Positions 8,693-17,850 of a DNA stretch of 25,932 nt are shown here, piece by piece. Positions within the stretch are counted from its first letter, which is position 1; each line of letters starts with the position of its first letter. Source of the stretch: a virus (Duplodnaviria; Caudoviricetes). The notes below the pieces were generated by a model. It did not search any database. It saw only the letters and a program-made list of their open reading frames with translations, and was not told the origin of the DNA. The stretch spans positions 1 through 25,932 of the IMG/VR virus record IMGVR_UViG_3300048576_000282, one strand, 5' to 3'. The translations under genes were made by a program, and so were the position numbers.

Positions 8693-11600
8693 TCAGGCCA
8701 TGCGCAATCCACGCCCGCGCTGCTGCCGCTTGGTGAGGGACGCAATCTCAATCGCCAGCGAGCGGACGTCCTGCTCATCGCGGACATAGAGCTTCTCCAC
8801 ACGGATGGTGGAGGAGGCGTTTTGATTGTAGGTCTTCCGGTTGTCATAGGAATAGCTGCCGCCGACACCCGCCTGCGCCGCGCCGGTCAGGTACCGGGAG
8901 GCATTTTGGATGATCTTCGCTTGAGCCTTACCTTCTTGCTCCACGCCGACGCCGATGCCCCGGACCATCATCCGGCCGACCTCATCCCGGAACACACGCG
9001 AGGGAGATTGGATCTTGAGCTTCGCCTTCGCGGCGCGCACGGCCGCCTCGGCCACAATCCTCATGGCGCTCACGACGATGTTCCGGCCGCTCAGGATGCC
9101 GGCCGCCATGCCGACCATGGCGTTCAAGCCGATAGGCCTTGTGGCACTGGAGGACATTCCTGCCCGTAGCGCCGAGATGGCCTTTGCCGTCGTGACGCCG
9201 GCTGCGGAGCCGAACCCGTAGGCCATCATGCCGACCGCGATGCCCGCGGACAGATCCGTGCCGATCGGCCGCGTTCTGGCCGAAGGAGAATGCGTCTGCG
9301 CCGCGGCGCGAAGCGCGGTTTCGATGGAGGTGGCGACGGTCGTCGCATCGCCGGTCCAGCCATAGGCGGTCAGGCCGATTGCAATGCCGGCGGAGATGTC
9401 GTTGCCGACGCCCAGGTACTCGTCCGCGCTCCGGACGACGGTGAGCATCGCATTCAGCTGTTCCTGCACCTTCGCCGCCGTGTCTGCGTCCAACGTGCCG
9501 CTGCTCAACGCCGCCATCGCCTGCGCGATGTAGGTAGAGAGGTTCTCCAGGTCCTTGGGGTTGAGGCTGTACAACTGCTCCAACAGTACCGACTTGCCCT
9601 GCTGTGCGCTCAAATTCTCGCCGGCCGCGGCCAAATCCTCCACGCCCTGCGCGAGGCTCTGGATGGAGGTCACCTTGTCGGACGTACTGGACTTCAGCCA
9701 GTCGGGGAGGAAGTTCTTCGGTTTGATGTTCAGGCCCGCTTCCGCGTTCTCTACGCCTTCGGGGGAGCCGATCTTCGGCAGCACCTGCACGTGCAGCACG
9801 CCGTTCTCGTCCGTGCCCAGCACCAAATCGGTCGCCTTGATCTGCGTGAGGGCTGACGGCGTGACCGGGATTGGAACGCCGTGCTCATCGTAGAGCGCCA
9901 ACAGCCCCGCGTCGAACTTGTCCTTGAACGCCTGCTCCGCGCCTTCGACCATGCCGACCTTCATGACCTGGCCGTCGAGGTCGACCGGGTTTGCCGCGCG
10001 GAAATCCGAGGCGGCTTGTGCGTCGATGGGGGTCAGCTGCACGGTGCCGGTGACCGTGGCGGAGAGCGTCGTGGTCAGCGAGGATGTATCGATCTTGAAC
10101 TGTTCCCACGCGGCGGACGCACTCGTAAGGTCCAACTCCACCAGCACGCGGTTTACCTCGTCCGGCAGCGCCTCATTGAACATGGCCGAGAGGCCATCAA
10201 ATGTACCAGCGTTGGCCTTCAGGAAGTCGGCGATGGACGTGTACCCGCCCAGTACATCTTTGATGTTGAGGTCGGGGAACAGTTTTTCCGTCTCTTCGGG
10301 CGTGAACCCGCCCTGCTTCACGGCATCCTGGATCTGGGTCAGGATCGCCAGATAGGAGGCCAGCTCGCCCTCATCCATGCCCTTGGTCAGTTCGTCCAAC
10401 TGGGTCAGGATGCCGGAGGTGTCGCCGCCCTGGGAGGTCGCGATCTGGAACTCGGACAAGAGGCCAACCAGCTTCTGAAGCTTTTCGTCTGCGCCACCCA
10501 GTTCGTCGCTCTCAAGCATCGGCCCCACCAACTGGGATAGTGCCTCGGCGTACTTCCGGGCGCCTTCTACCCTTGCCTGATTATGCTGCTCATTCAACGC
10601 GTCGAGCGCCGCCTGCTTGTCCGCGCCCTCTTGCATGGCGGCGATGACCTTGTACTCGGAAGCGTAGGTTTCTTCCAGTGCCGCGTTGTACTCGGCACTG
10701 CCCTGGGCGGCTGCCTTCATGGCGTCGGCGTACAGGTCGATGGACGCCGTACCGCCCTCCACCTCTAAGCGCGCCTTTTCGGCTTCAACCCCTTGGAGGA
10801 TCTTTCCGTACCCGCCGGATTCCCCCAGCGCGTACTCCAGCTTGATCTGCACCCGCTGGGTGACGATCTCCTGAAGGCGCGCCTGGTCCTTTTCGGTCAG
10901 CTTGCCGTTCCGACGTTTTTTCAAGAGCGACTGGACTTCTTTATCATAGGAATTGAGCTGCTTCAGCACTTTGTCCGAGCGCGTGTCCTTCACGCCCAAC
11001 CCGGCGAGGATCTCCTTGCGCTCCTTGACGGCCTCCCGCAGCGCTTCGCTGTCCGCCTTGAACTCATCGATGTAGCCCCGGACGGCCTCCGCGGTGTCCT
11101 TCTTCCCGTCGGTCCAGGCGGCGTTGACCCGGGACAGCCAGTCCTTTGATTCTTCCGCGCCGCCGAAGTTGTCTGGGGTCAAGTCAAAACGCGAAAATGC
11201 GTCGTTTCCGGTATCGAACACGGTGGCCGCCTGCTGCTCCGACCATTCCTTGGCGGTCTTCGCCATACCCTGGAGCGCTTCCCGCGCTTCCCGGGCGCCG
11301 GAGGCGTAATCGATCCAGCGGTACGCACCGTACAGCGCCGCCGCGGCAACCGCCGCGATGCCGACTGGACCCAAGAGGCTCCCGCACGCGGCCAGCAGAC
11401 CCTTCATCCCGCCACCCGCGGAAACCGAGGTGGTCAGCAGCTTCCCGAATCCGGTGGCGACCGTCCCCACGGCAGTGTTCAGCTTGCCGATCATGAGGAT
11501 CCCCGGTCCGATGGCGGCAACCCAGGCGGCCGCGGTGATCAGCGCTTGGCGCTGCCCCTCGTCCAGTTCCGCAAAGCTGTCCAGCGTGTCGCCCACGCCG

Positions 11601-13321
11601 TCCATGACATCTTCCAGAACGGGGACCATGATGCTGCCGAAAGTCTCGGCCGTCAGCCGCGCGCGGTTATTCAGCATCTTCAGCCGGTTGGCCGTGGTGT
11701 TGTACCGCTCCGCCACCCGGGTGGTGATGGCGCTGTTCTCCTTCCACGCCTTGTTGGCCAACTCTTGCGTTTCCCTGAACAGGTCCGTCGCGTTGACCAT
11801 GCGCAGCGTGGTATCCCTAAGCCTGACTTCCTTGAACCCGATGTCCTGCAGCGTGGTGATGGCGCTGATGCCTTCGTCGTCCAACGCCGCCAGCCCCGCG
11901 ATGAATGCCTGGAACGCCGCCGCGGGGTCGTTCTGGAACAGCGTCTTGAACTCGTCGCCGGTCATGCCCGACACTTTGGCGAAATCCTTGAGCGCCTGAC
12001 CGCCGGTCTCCGCCGCGACTTCCATCTTGATCAGGGCCTTGCTGAACGCGGTGCCGCCCGCCTCGGCTTCGATGCCTACGGAAGAGAGCGCCGTCGCAAA
12101 TCCGATGATCTGGGCCTCGGTCAACCCCACCTGTTTCCCGGCCGCGGCGAGGCGCATGGACATCTCCACGATGCCGGCTTCCGTGGCGGCGGAGTTGACG
12201 CCCAGTTCCAGCACGGTGCTGCCCAGACGCTCGAAATATTCGTTTGTCTGCTTGTCCCCGGTCACGCCCATGATGTTGGCGAGCTTGGCCAGGTTGGTGG
12301 CAGCATCTTCCGCGGAAAGATCGGTAGCGATGGCGCCCAGGTCGGTCATGACGGAGGTAAAGCCCCGGATGGCCTGGTTGGCGACGCCCAACTGCCCGGC
12401 TGCTTCGGCGACGGCGGCAATGCCCTCATAGGTTGCAGGCTTCACCAGCGTCATGTGACGGATCGAGGCGTCGAGCTCTGCGTATTCAGCCTCTGTCATG
12501 GAAACGGTCTTCCTGACGCCGGCGAAAGCGTCTTCCATGTCGACCGCAGCCTTCAGCGCATAGCCGCCCAGGCCCACGAGCGGCGTGGTGATGCCCATGG
12601 TTAGCGTCCGACCTGCGCTGGTGAGCGACTTGCCGGCCGCTTTAGCGTTCTTTCCGAAGGCGGTCAAGCTCTCGCCGGCGGCGCGGATCGCGGACCGGGC
12701 GGCTTCCAGGCGCTTGCCCAGCCTGCCGATCTCCGCCTCGGTCTCACGGACGGCGGCCCGGGCATTGTTGAGGTTGGTGCGCGCAGCGGTGACGGCGTCC
12801 GCGGCGTTCTGCATGGTCTTGCCGGTCGCCGCGACCTGGCCTTCCAACTTTTTGACCTCGGCGCCGGTCGCCTCATACTCCCCGCGCAGCGCGTCCAGGT
12901 TGGCCTGGGCCGCGATGGTGGCGGAGTCGGACGCCCCGAGGGTGGAGCGGTACTCGTCCACCTTCTTCGAGGCGTGGCCCATCTCTTCCCGGAGCGCCGC
13001 TTGGCGGGAGCGGGCCGCGTCCAGCGAAGCGCGGTACTTTTCATTCCCCGCGGCTGATTCCCGGAGCTTCGCATGGGCGGCGTCCAGCGCCCGGCGGTAC
13101 TGTTCCACCGCCTGGCGCTGGTTGACCAGCTTCTCCCGCAGTGTGCCGATCCGGGTGCCGAGGCCGCTCGCCGATTTTTCAAAGCCCTCCACCCCTGCAC
13201 CCGCCAGCAGGAACTTGCTCTCCGCCTCTGCGATCTGCTTGTTAATGCTCCGGAGGTTCCGCGTGAAATTGTCCGAATTCAGGGACAGCGATACCACCAG
13301 ATCGCGCAGTGTCTCGCTCAC
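8693..13321 (-). CDS. Tail tape measure protein (TP901 family), 1542 aa
   Basis: N-terminal coiled coil, EDAFAGVRKT, GIEAEAGGTAFS, hydrophobic segments and IQSPSRVF motif; GTG start with AAGGAGG RBS. Confidence 0.95.
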   Translation of the reverse strand: MSETLRDLVVSLSLNSDNFTRNLRSINKQIAEAESKFLLAGAGVEGFEKSASGLGTRIGTLREKLVNQRQAVEQYRRALDAAHAKLRESAAGNEKYRASLDAARSRQAALREEMGHASKKVDEYRSTLGASDSATIAAQANLDALRGEYEATGAEVKKLEGQVAATGKTMQNAADAVTAARTNLNNARAAVRETEAEIGRLGKRLEAARSAIRAAGESLTAFGKNAKAAGKSLTSAGRTLTMGITTPLVGLGGYALKAAVDMEDAFAGVRKTVSMTEAEYAELDASIRHMTLVKPATYEGIAAVAEAAGQLGVANQAIRGFTSVMTDLGAIATDLSAEDAATNLAKLANIMGVTGDKQTNEYFERLGSTVLELGVNSAATEAGIVEMSMRLAAAGKQVGLTEAQIIGFATALSSVGIEAEAGGTAFSKALIKMEVAAETGGQALKDFAKVSGMTGDEFKTLFQNDPAAAFQAFIAGLAALDDEGISAITTLQDIGFKEVRLRDTTLRMVNATDLFRETQELANKAWKENSAITTRVAERYNTTANRLKMLNNRARLTAETFGSIMVPVLEDVMDGVGDTLDSFAELDEGQRQALITAAAWVAAIGPGILMIGKLNTAVGTVATGFGKLLTTSVSAGGGMKGLLAACGSLLGPVGIAAVAAAALYGAYRWIDYASGAREAREALQGMAKTAKEWSEQQAATVFDTGNDAFSRFDLTPDNFGGAEESKDWLSRVNAAWTDGKKDTAEAVRGYIDEFKADSEALREAVKERKEILAGLGVKDTRSDKVLKQLNSYDKEVQSLLKKRRNGKLTEKDQARLQEIVTQRVQIKLEYALGESGGYGKILQGVEAEKARLEVEGGTASIDLYADAMKAAAQGSAEYNAALEETYASEYKVIAAMQEGADKQAALDALNEQHNQARVEGARKYAEALSQLVGPMLESDELGGADEKLQKLVGLLSEFQIATSQGGDTSGILTQLDELTKGMDEGELASYLAILTQIQDAVKQGGFTPEETEKLFPDLNIKDVLGGYTSIADFLKANAGTFDGLSAMFNEALPDEVNRVLVELDLTSASAAWEQFKIDTSSLTTTLSATVTGTVQLTPIDAQAASDFRAANPVDLDGQVMKVGMVEGAEQAFKDKFDAGLLALYDEHGVPIPVTPSALTQIKATDLVLGTDENGVLHVQVLPKIGSPEGVENAEAGLNIKPKNFLPDWLKSSTSDKVTSIQSLAQGVEDLAAAGENLSAQQGKSVLLEQLYSLNPKDLENLSTYIAQAMAALSSGTLDADTAAKVQEQLNAMLTVVRSADEYLGVGNDISAGIAIGLTAYGWTGDATTVATSIETALRAAAQTHSPSARTRPIGTDLSAGIAVGMMAYGFGSAAGVTTAKAISALRAGMSSSATRPIGLNAMVGMAAGILSGRNIVVSAMRIVAEAAVRAAKAKLKIQSPSRVFRDEVGRMMVRGIGVGVEQEGKAQAKIIQNASRYLTGAAQAGVGGSYSYDNRKTYNQNASSTIRVEKLYVRDEQDVRSLAIEIASLTKRQQRGRGLRMA

Positions 13322-13343
13322 GGGAACCCTCCTTCATTACAAG

Positions 13344-13380
13344 TAAATGAAAATCACCTCGCATCATCCGCGAGGTGATT
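13344..13380 (-). terminator. Intrinsic terminator upstream of tape measure gene
   Basis: Perfect 11-bp inverted repeat AATCACCTCGC/GCGAGGTGATT (13352-13362 and 13370-13380), followed by TTCATTT on the minus strand. Confidence 0.7.
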
Positions 13381-13407
13381 GACATCCTGGAAAATTGGCA
13401 GTAGCAT
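13379..13407 (+). promoter_or_regulatory. Putative sigma70 promoter, antisense to the late operon
   Basis: TTGACA, 17-nt spacer, TAGCAT. Confidence 0.65.
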
Positions 13408-13474
13408 AGGGATGGATACGGTACAGTGGAATTGGAGAGGGGCATTTACCCTGGAATGCTCTCCAGGAGGCCAC

Positions 13475-13678
13475 ATGATCGAAAAGATGATTCGATGTCC
13501 CGTGCTTGGCCAGGAGATCGATAAAGGCATCTGCTTCGATTGCTCCATGGCGGTTGAAGGCTGGGGGCCAAGTTACACGAGAATGATGATGGAAAATGCG
13601 AACCCGGACTTTAAGGCCATCTGCCTCAACTGCGGGCAGCATCCGCAGCTGAATTCATCGGCCACACCTCGTCGATGA
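13475..13678 (+). CDS. Small Cys-rich hypothetical protein (67 aa), moron
   Basis: AGGAGG RBS, own promoter, CP...CFDC...CLNCGQH motif. Confidence 0.7.
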   Translation: MIEKMIRCPVLGQEIDKGICFDCSMAVEGWGPSYTRMMMENANPDFKAICLNCGQHPQLNSSATPRR

Positions 13679-13871
13679 ACCGGCGCTTGGGCGCCTGCGC
13701 AGCCTGCCTGCGCCGCGCGTCCCAAGCCCGGAGCCGGAGGAAGCCCGGCAGGTCCATCTCGTCGATCTCCCGCATCGCCCAACCGGCAGTCAGCAGATCA
13801 TTGTAGGTGGCATACACGTAGTCGGGCAGCGTCAGGACGCCTTCGTCAAGTCCTGCGCCGCCGTCGTAGGG
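13626..13871 (-). CDS. Tail assembly chaperone extension (gpT-like), probably made by -1 frameshift
   Basis: The -1 frame is open from the TTCCCT site (PYDGGAGLDEGVLTLPDYVYATYNDLL...EIDEMD...FIDEVWP); no good RBS before the internal GTG. Confidence 0.75.
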   Translation of the reverse strand, partial: PYDGGAGLDEGVLTLPDYVYATYNDLLTAGWAMREIDEMDLPGFLRLRAWDARRRQAAQAPKRRFIDEVWPMNSAADAARS

Positions 13872-14194
13872 AATTCGCTCAGTACTTCCGTGGTCTGCGC
13901 CTGCACGGCGAGCAGCGAGAGTACGATGTCGTGCATCAGCCGGTCCACCGGGTAGTGATCATACACGTCGTCAACGCTGAACTGGTTGCCGAACAGGATG
14001 CAGAACCATTTGACCAGCACGTCCATGGCTTCCGCGACGGTGGTCGCCTCGTCCGATGCCTTCCCGGCCAGCGCGTCGCTGGCGACCTTGGTCACCCGGG
14101 TATACATGTCCCAGGCAGGACCCATCTCCCGCAGGGCGCGGCCGGAGATAAAGTCCACACTGTACTTCTTTTCCCCCAGCGTGCAGGTGATCAT
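13832..14194 (-). CDS. Tail assembly chaperone (gpG-like)
   Basis: Small helical protein between major tail and tape measure genes; LFGNQFSVDD motif. Confidence 0.85.
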   Translation of the reverse strand: MITCTLGEKKYSVDFISGRALREMGPAWDMYTRVTKVASDALAGKASDEATTVAEAMDVLVKWFCILFGNQFSVDDVYDHYPVDRLMHDIVLSLLAVQAQTTEVLSEFPTTAAQDLTKAS

Positions 14195-14237
14195 GGGGAG
14201 CACTCCCTTCTTATTGTAAGCTCAACTGTGCCGGGGA

Positions 14238-14852
14238 TCAGTCCCCGCCGCCGGCAGTGATGGCCGGCGTGTAGACGCTTGTCAGGAAGGTGGCCGCCTT
14301 CTCGGGGGTGAACCCGTTCTGACCCTCATCCGCCACCGCCTGGTAGCGCCTGTCATGGGTGCGTTTGAGGAAGGTGAACTCCAGCTTTCCGGTCTGCCGC
14401 GTCACCTGCTTGCCTTCGCGGGTGTGGTAGGTTTCGCTCATCGGTGCGGCCCGGCCCTTAAACAGCCAGACGTACCGGTATGTGCCATCGCTGCGCTCCG
14501 AGCGGAAGCCAAGCGCGTAGTACGGAGGCGCATCGCCCGCGGTGCGGACCAGCACGCCGTTGTCGTCGACGGTGTTGCCCAGGATCTTCTCCTGAAGCAT
14601 CAGGGGTACATCCGCCATCTCCATCGTCAATTTGATCTCCGGATCCGGGTAGAGCACGTCCAGTTCTACGTCGTCGGCGTACTGCACCTCCGGATCGGCG
14701 TTTTCGGGCGCGAGCTGCGCGTCGATGGCGCCGGCGAAATCCTGCAGCGGCCCATACGTCAATACGGCTTCCGTATCCTCAAGGAGCTCCGCCAGCACGA
14801 CGTTTTTCAGACCCACCGTGCTCGCCACGGCGGGGGAAGGGCTGTTGGGCAT
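14238..14852 (-). CDS. Major tail protein (phi13 family)
   Basis: VGLKN, YADD and PPYYALGFRS..DGTYRYVWLFKG motifs. Confidence 0.93.
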   Translation of the reverse strand: MPNSPSPAVASTVGLKNVVLAELLEDTEAVLTYGPLQDFAGAIDAQLAPENADPEVQYADDVELDVLYPDPEIKLTMEMADVPLMLQEKILGNTVDDNGVLVRTAGDAPPYYALGFRSERSDGTYRYVWLFKGRAAPMSETYHTREGKQVTRQTGKLEFTFLKRTHDRRYQAVADEGQNGFTPEKAATFLTSVYTPAITAGGGD

Positions 14853-14872
14853 ATTGTTTTCCTCCTGTAGAA

Positions 14873-15283
14873 TCAGATGGACCGGTCGAGCGCGTCCCGC
14901 AAGCTCTGCCGGATCAGGTCGTAGGCCTCGTCGACGGTGGTGTCGTAGGCGGGCCGGATGAACGGGTGCGGGGGCGCCGGGGCAGGTCCTCCGTGCCCAT
15001 GCTCCACCGCATTTGCGTAGTACGCGCCCTTCTCGCTGTGATGGACGCCGATGGTGATGCGCTTCCCACGCTTTCCGCCGCGGACGCGCCCGGTGTGAAT
15101 GGAATCGTGCAAGTCGCCGGTGATGATGGCGGGATCTGTGGACGCATTGTGCAGCATCTGCCGCTCGATGGGCACTGCGCCGGCTTCCAGGGCGCGGTTG
15201 ACCGCCGGGCCATCGTCCAGTGCCGCCGCCATACCCCTCAGGTCACTCACAAGATCGTCGAATCCTCGAAATTGCATGCTCAA
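14873..15283 (-). CDS. HK97 gp10-family tail completion protein
   Basis: TGDLHDSI, YYANAVEHG and PHPFIRPAYD motifs; TTG start overlapping the upstream TGA (alternative ATG at 15277). Confidence 0.88.
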   Translation of the reverse strand: MSMQFRGFDDLVSDLRGMAAALDDGPAVNRALEAGAVPIERQMLHNASTDPAIITGDLHDSIHTGRVRGGKRGKRITIGVHHSEKGAYYANAVEHGHGGPAPAPPHPFIRPAYDTTVDEAYDLIRQSLRDALDRSI

Positions 15284-15639
15284 GGGGACACCTCCTGCCG
15301 CAGGCACCAGGTCCACTGCACGGCGTACTGACGGGTGGCGCTGTCGTAGGCCGGCTGGTTGTATCCCTTGTCCGTCTCCTCCACCATGGAGAAACCTGCC
15401 ACATACATTGCGACGCGAACTTTCAGCGCGGTTTCCGTGGGGTCGCCGTCGCTCCAGAGGTTCAGGTAGACAAAGGTCTTGTAGGATACGACGGCATCGT
15501 CGCAGTGCGCATCCTCGGTGGTGGTCGAGGAGTACACCATGTACTGGCCGGGCGGGTTCTGCCCGGAGGACGTGGGGCGCCAGATGCCTGCGAATACCGG
15601 GATGCCGACGTTTTTGAGCGCTTCCTGCACCTGTCGCAT
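15280..15639 (-). CDS. Putative tail terminator/completion protein
   Basis: Size and position; coupled to the adaptor stop (TAATG); D-x-W-like NLWSDGD and YDSATRQY motifs. Confidence 0.7.
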   Translation of the reverse strand: MRQVQEALKNVGIPVFAGIWRPTSSGQNPPGQYMVYSSTTTEDAHCDDAVVSYKTFVYLNLWSDGDPTETALKVRVAMYVAGFSMVEETDKGYNQPAYDSATRQYAVQWTWCLRQEVSP

Positions 15640-15995
15640 TAGCCCACGCCCTTCACGACGGAGGTCTTGAGCCCCAGGTAACGCCGCTTGAACTCGTACT
15701 CGCCCATCGTGGTGATCACCCGCTTGTCCCCGAGGAACTTCACCCACATACCTGGCTGCACATCGCTCCGGTAGCGGATCGTGAAGTTGATGACCCCTTC
15801 GGCGTTCTCCGTATCCGCAGCGCGAAAGGTCTGGTTACCGGCCTCGATGGCGGATGCCCATACGCGGCACACGACGACATCCCTGGGCTCGGGGTAACCG
15901 TTTGCGTTGATGACGTTTTCGGTATGGCCGATCTCAACCAGGTGCCGGAGGTCTCCCGGGTGCGGGTCGGACTCGAAGTTCTTGTAGCCGCGCAA
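15639..15995 (-). CDS. Head-tail adaptor / head closure protein (SPP1 gp16-like)
   Basis: PGDLRHLVEI, VWASA and FTIRYRSDVQPGMWV motifs; TTG start with GGAGGTG RBS. Confidence 0.88.
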   Translation of the reverse strand: MRGYKNFESDPHPGDLRHLVEIGHTENVINANGYPEPRDVVVCRVWASAIEAGNQTFRAADTENAEGVINFTIRYRSDVQPGMWVKFLGDKRVITTMGEYEFKRRYLGLKTSVVKGVG

Positions 15996-16010
15996 GGCGC
16001 TTCACCTCCA

Positions 16011-16295
16011 TCAGAAAAACTTCGTCACGTCGCGGTGCGGGTACAGCAGGTTCTCAAACGCCGTCCGCATCGCCAGGTACACGTGTTTATCCGGGTTGTC
16101 CCGGTTCTCGTAGTAGTGGCTGATCATGAGCAGCAGCGCTAGGCGGACAGCTGGTGGCGCGTCATCCGGGAGCGTCACACGGCAGTAGTCCTCCGCGACC
16201 GACTGTGCCTGGGCGATGAGCGAGGAAAGGTACTCGTCCTCGTCGTCATGCTGGATGCGCAGGTGCGCCTTGACTTCGGCGATCGTTACGACCAT
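16011..16295 (-). CDS. Head-tail connector (HK97 gp6-like)
   Basis: EVKAHLRI..DDEDEYL and LLMISHYYENR motifs. Confidence 0.92.
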   Translation of the reverse strand: MVVTIAEVKAHLRIQHDDEDEYLSSLIAQAQSVAEDYCRVTLPDDAPPAVRLALLLMISHYYENRDNPDKHVYLAMRTAFENLLYPHRDVTKFF

Positions 16296-16306
16296 GCGAC
16301 CACCGC

Positions 16307-16567
16307 CTACTCCGCTTCCGGCACATCTGCCGCCATGAGGCCGGCCGATTTCAGAGCCGCGATCAGAACGTTGAACTCCTCCCGCAGCGCGGCCACGGTG
16401 GTGGCGGTGCTGGCGGGGAAGTTGGAGATTTGTGCTTGGGCACCCGAAGGCACATCGAACAGGCTCTCGGCGCCTTCCACCGTGGCGCCGGGCAGGAAGA
16501 TCAGCTTGCCTCCGACCACCCACTCGTTGCCGCCGTGGGCGTGGTAGTTCCGGCTGGATTGGCTCAT
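16307..16567 (-). CDS. Head fibre/decoration-like small protein
   Basis: NY...GGNEWVVGG and LREEFNVLIAALKSAGLM motifs; directly follows capsid; AAGGAGG RBS. Confidence 0.7.
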   Translation of the reverse strand: MSQSSRNYHAHGGNEWVVGGKLIFLPGATVEGAESLFDVPSGAQAQISNFPASTATTVAALREEFNVLIAALKSAGLMAADVPEAE

Positions 16568-16590
16568 TTGGAGCCCTCCTTCGTTGCATG

Positions 16591-16629
16591 AGGAAAGGAG
16601 GGGTGTTCCTCTCCCGGAATCGCCCCTCC
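16591..16629 (-). terminator. Terminator-like hairpin after major capsid gene
   Basis: GGAGGGG/CCCCTCC outer stem, inner TTCC/GGAA, short TTTCCT tail. Confidence 0.55.
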
Positions 16630-16637
16630 GTCATTGC

Positions 16638-17837
16638 TTAAGCGGTTTTCATACGGAGGCACTTGACTGCCTCGGGGAGGATCAGGCGGCCGTCCACGCG
16701 CTGCGTGATTTTGAAGCCAACCTGGTCCGTGGCCGCGTACAATTCGTTCAGCCGCTGCAGCGAGCGGCCCTCCCGGTCCGCCAGCCAGTAGTAGCTGTAA
16801 TCGCCGTACAGGATCGCCTTGTTGCCCGCGGTGGGCAGCGGCATGTAGCTCGACATCAGCACACGCTGATTGAGTAGCGTATCCGGCTGGCCATACAGAA
16901 GACCCGGCTGCCACATGAACTGGCCGTTGCCGTCCTTGAGCTTCCGGATCATCTTGACGGTAGCGTCGTTCATGATGAACGTGGCGCGGCGGCGATGGCC
17001 GGACTTCAGCGAGTGCTGAAGGTCCAAGAGCTCATCCGCGGTGATTGCCGCGGCTACCGCAGTGGTCACACCCAGTTCCGCGCCCAGGGTATCGTGGAGA
17101 AGGCCCGTGGGTTTGTGGCTGCCGTCGCCTGCAATGATGGCCGCTTCCTCCGCGGCGCCCACGCGCCGAGCGAATTCTCCGGTGATGTAGGCGGCGAGAT
17201 TGAACGCAGAATCGCGCAGCAATTCCTCCGAAATTCGGATCATGCTGCCCACCTTGTGCGCGCTCAAGGTGATCTGGCCGAACCCGTCGTCCGACTCGGG
17301 AATGGCCGCTTCCTCCTCGACCCAGGATGCCGCACCCTTGCTGGTCACGAGCGGAATCTTGCGGTCGCCCGAGGAGGTGGTGATCACGTGCACCAGGCCG
17401 CGCATGATGTTCTCCTCCTGGAGCGCCTCGACCAGCGTGTGTTCGAACTCATCCGGCACAGTATAGCCGCCCTCGCTGAGTTCGCCGATCTGCAGCGCGT
17501 TACGAAGCTCATAGCCGCGGCGGTCCACGTCGCGCATCAGCTTCCAAAAGGCATCATTATAAGCCGCGCTCCCGCGGCCGGGCTTGTCGGTCGCCTTCTC
17601 CGGGCGAGAAGTCAGCGCCGTGTTGGCCGGCGCGTTCAGCTCCCGCTCCAGTTCGGCCGCGCGCTCCGCACGCTCGATGGCATTGCCCAGGTCCACGACC
17701 TCCTGCTCCATCTTCTCGTAGGCGGCGGTGTCCTCCGAGGACAAAAGACCTCTTTCATCCTGCCGGGATTCCAGAAATGCCTTCGCCTTGTCCCAGACTT
17801 CGCCGCGCTTCCTGCGCATCTCCAGTACTTTGCTCAT
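16638..17837 (-). CDS. Major capsid protein, HK97 family, with N-terminal delta domain
   Basis: GGYTVPDEF, ISEELLRDS, KLKDGNGQFMWQP and RVDG motifs; AGGAGG RBS before ATG at 17837. Confidence 0.97.
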   Translation of the reverse strand: MSKVLEMRRKRGEVWDKAKAFLESRQDERGLLSSEDTAAYEKMEQEVVDLGNAIERAERAAELERELNAPANTALTSRPEKATDKPGRGSAAYNDAFWKLMRDVDRRGYELRNALQIGELSEGGYTVPDEFEHTLVEALQEENIMRGLVHVITTSSGDRKIPLVTSKGAASWVEEEAAIPESDDGFGQITLSAHKVGSMIRISEELLRDSAFNLAAYITGEFARRVGAAEEAAIIAGDGSHKPTGLLHDTLGAELGVTTAVAAAITADELLDLQHSLKSGHRRRATFIMNDATVKMIRKLKDGNGQFMWQPGLLYGQPDTLLNQRVLMSSYMPLPTAGNKAILYGDYSYYWLADREGRSLQRLNELYAATDQVGFKITQRVDGRLILPEAVKCLRMKTA

Positions 17838-17850
17838 GATTTTCCTCCTG

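Noticed and set aside
13379-13398. Similarity of two moron promoters (TTGACATCCTGG vs TTGACATCCCGG)
   Set aside because: Beyond the -35 consensus only a few bases match; insufficient to claim a common regulator.
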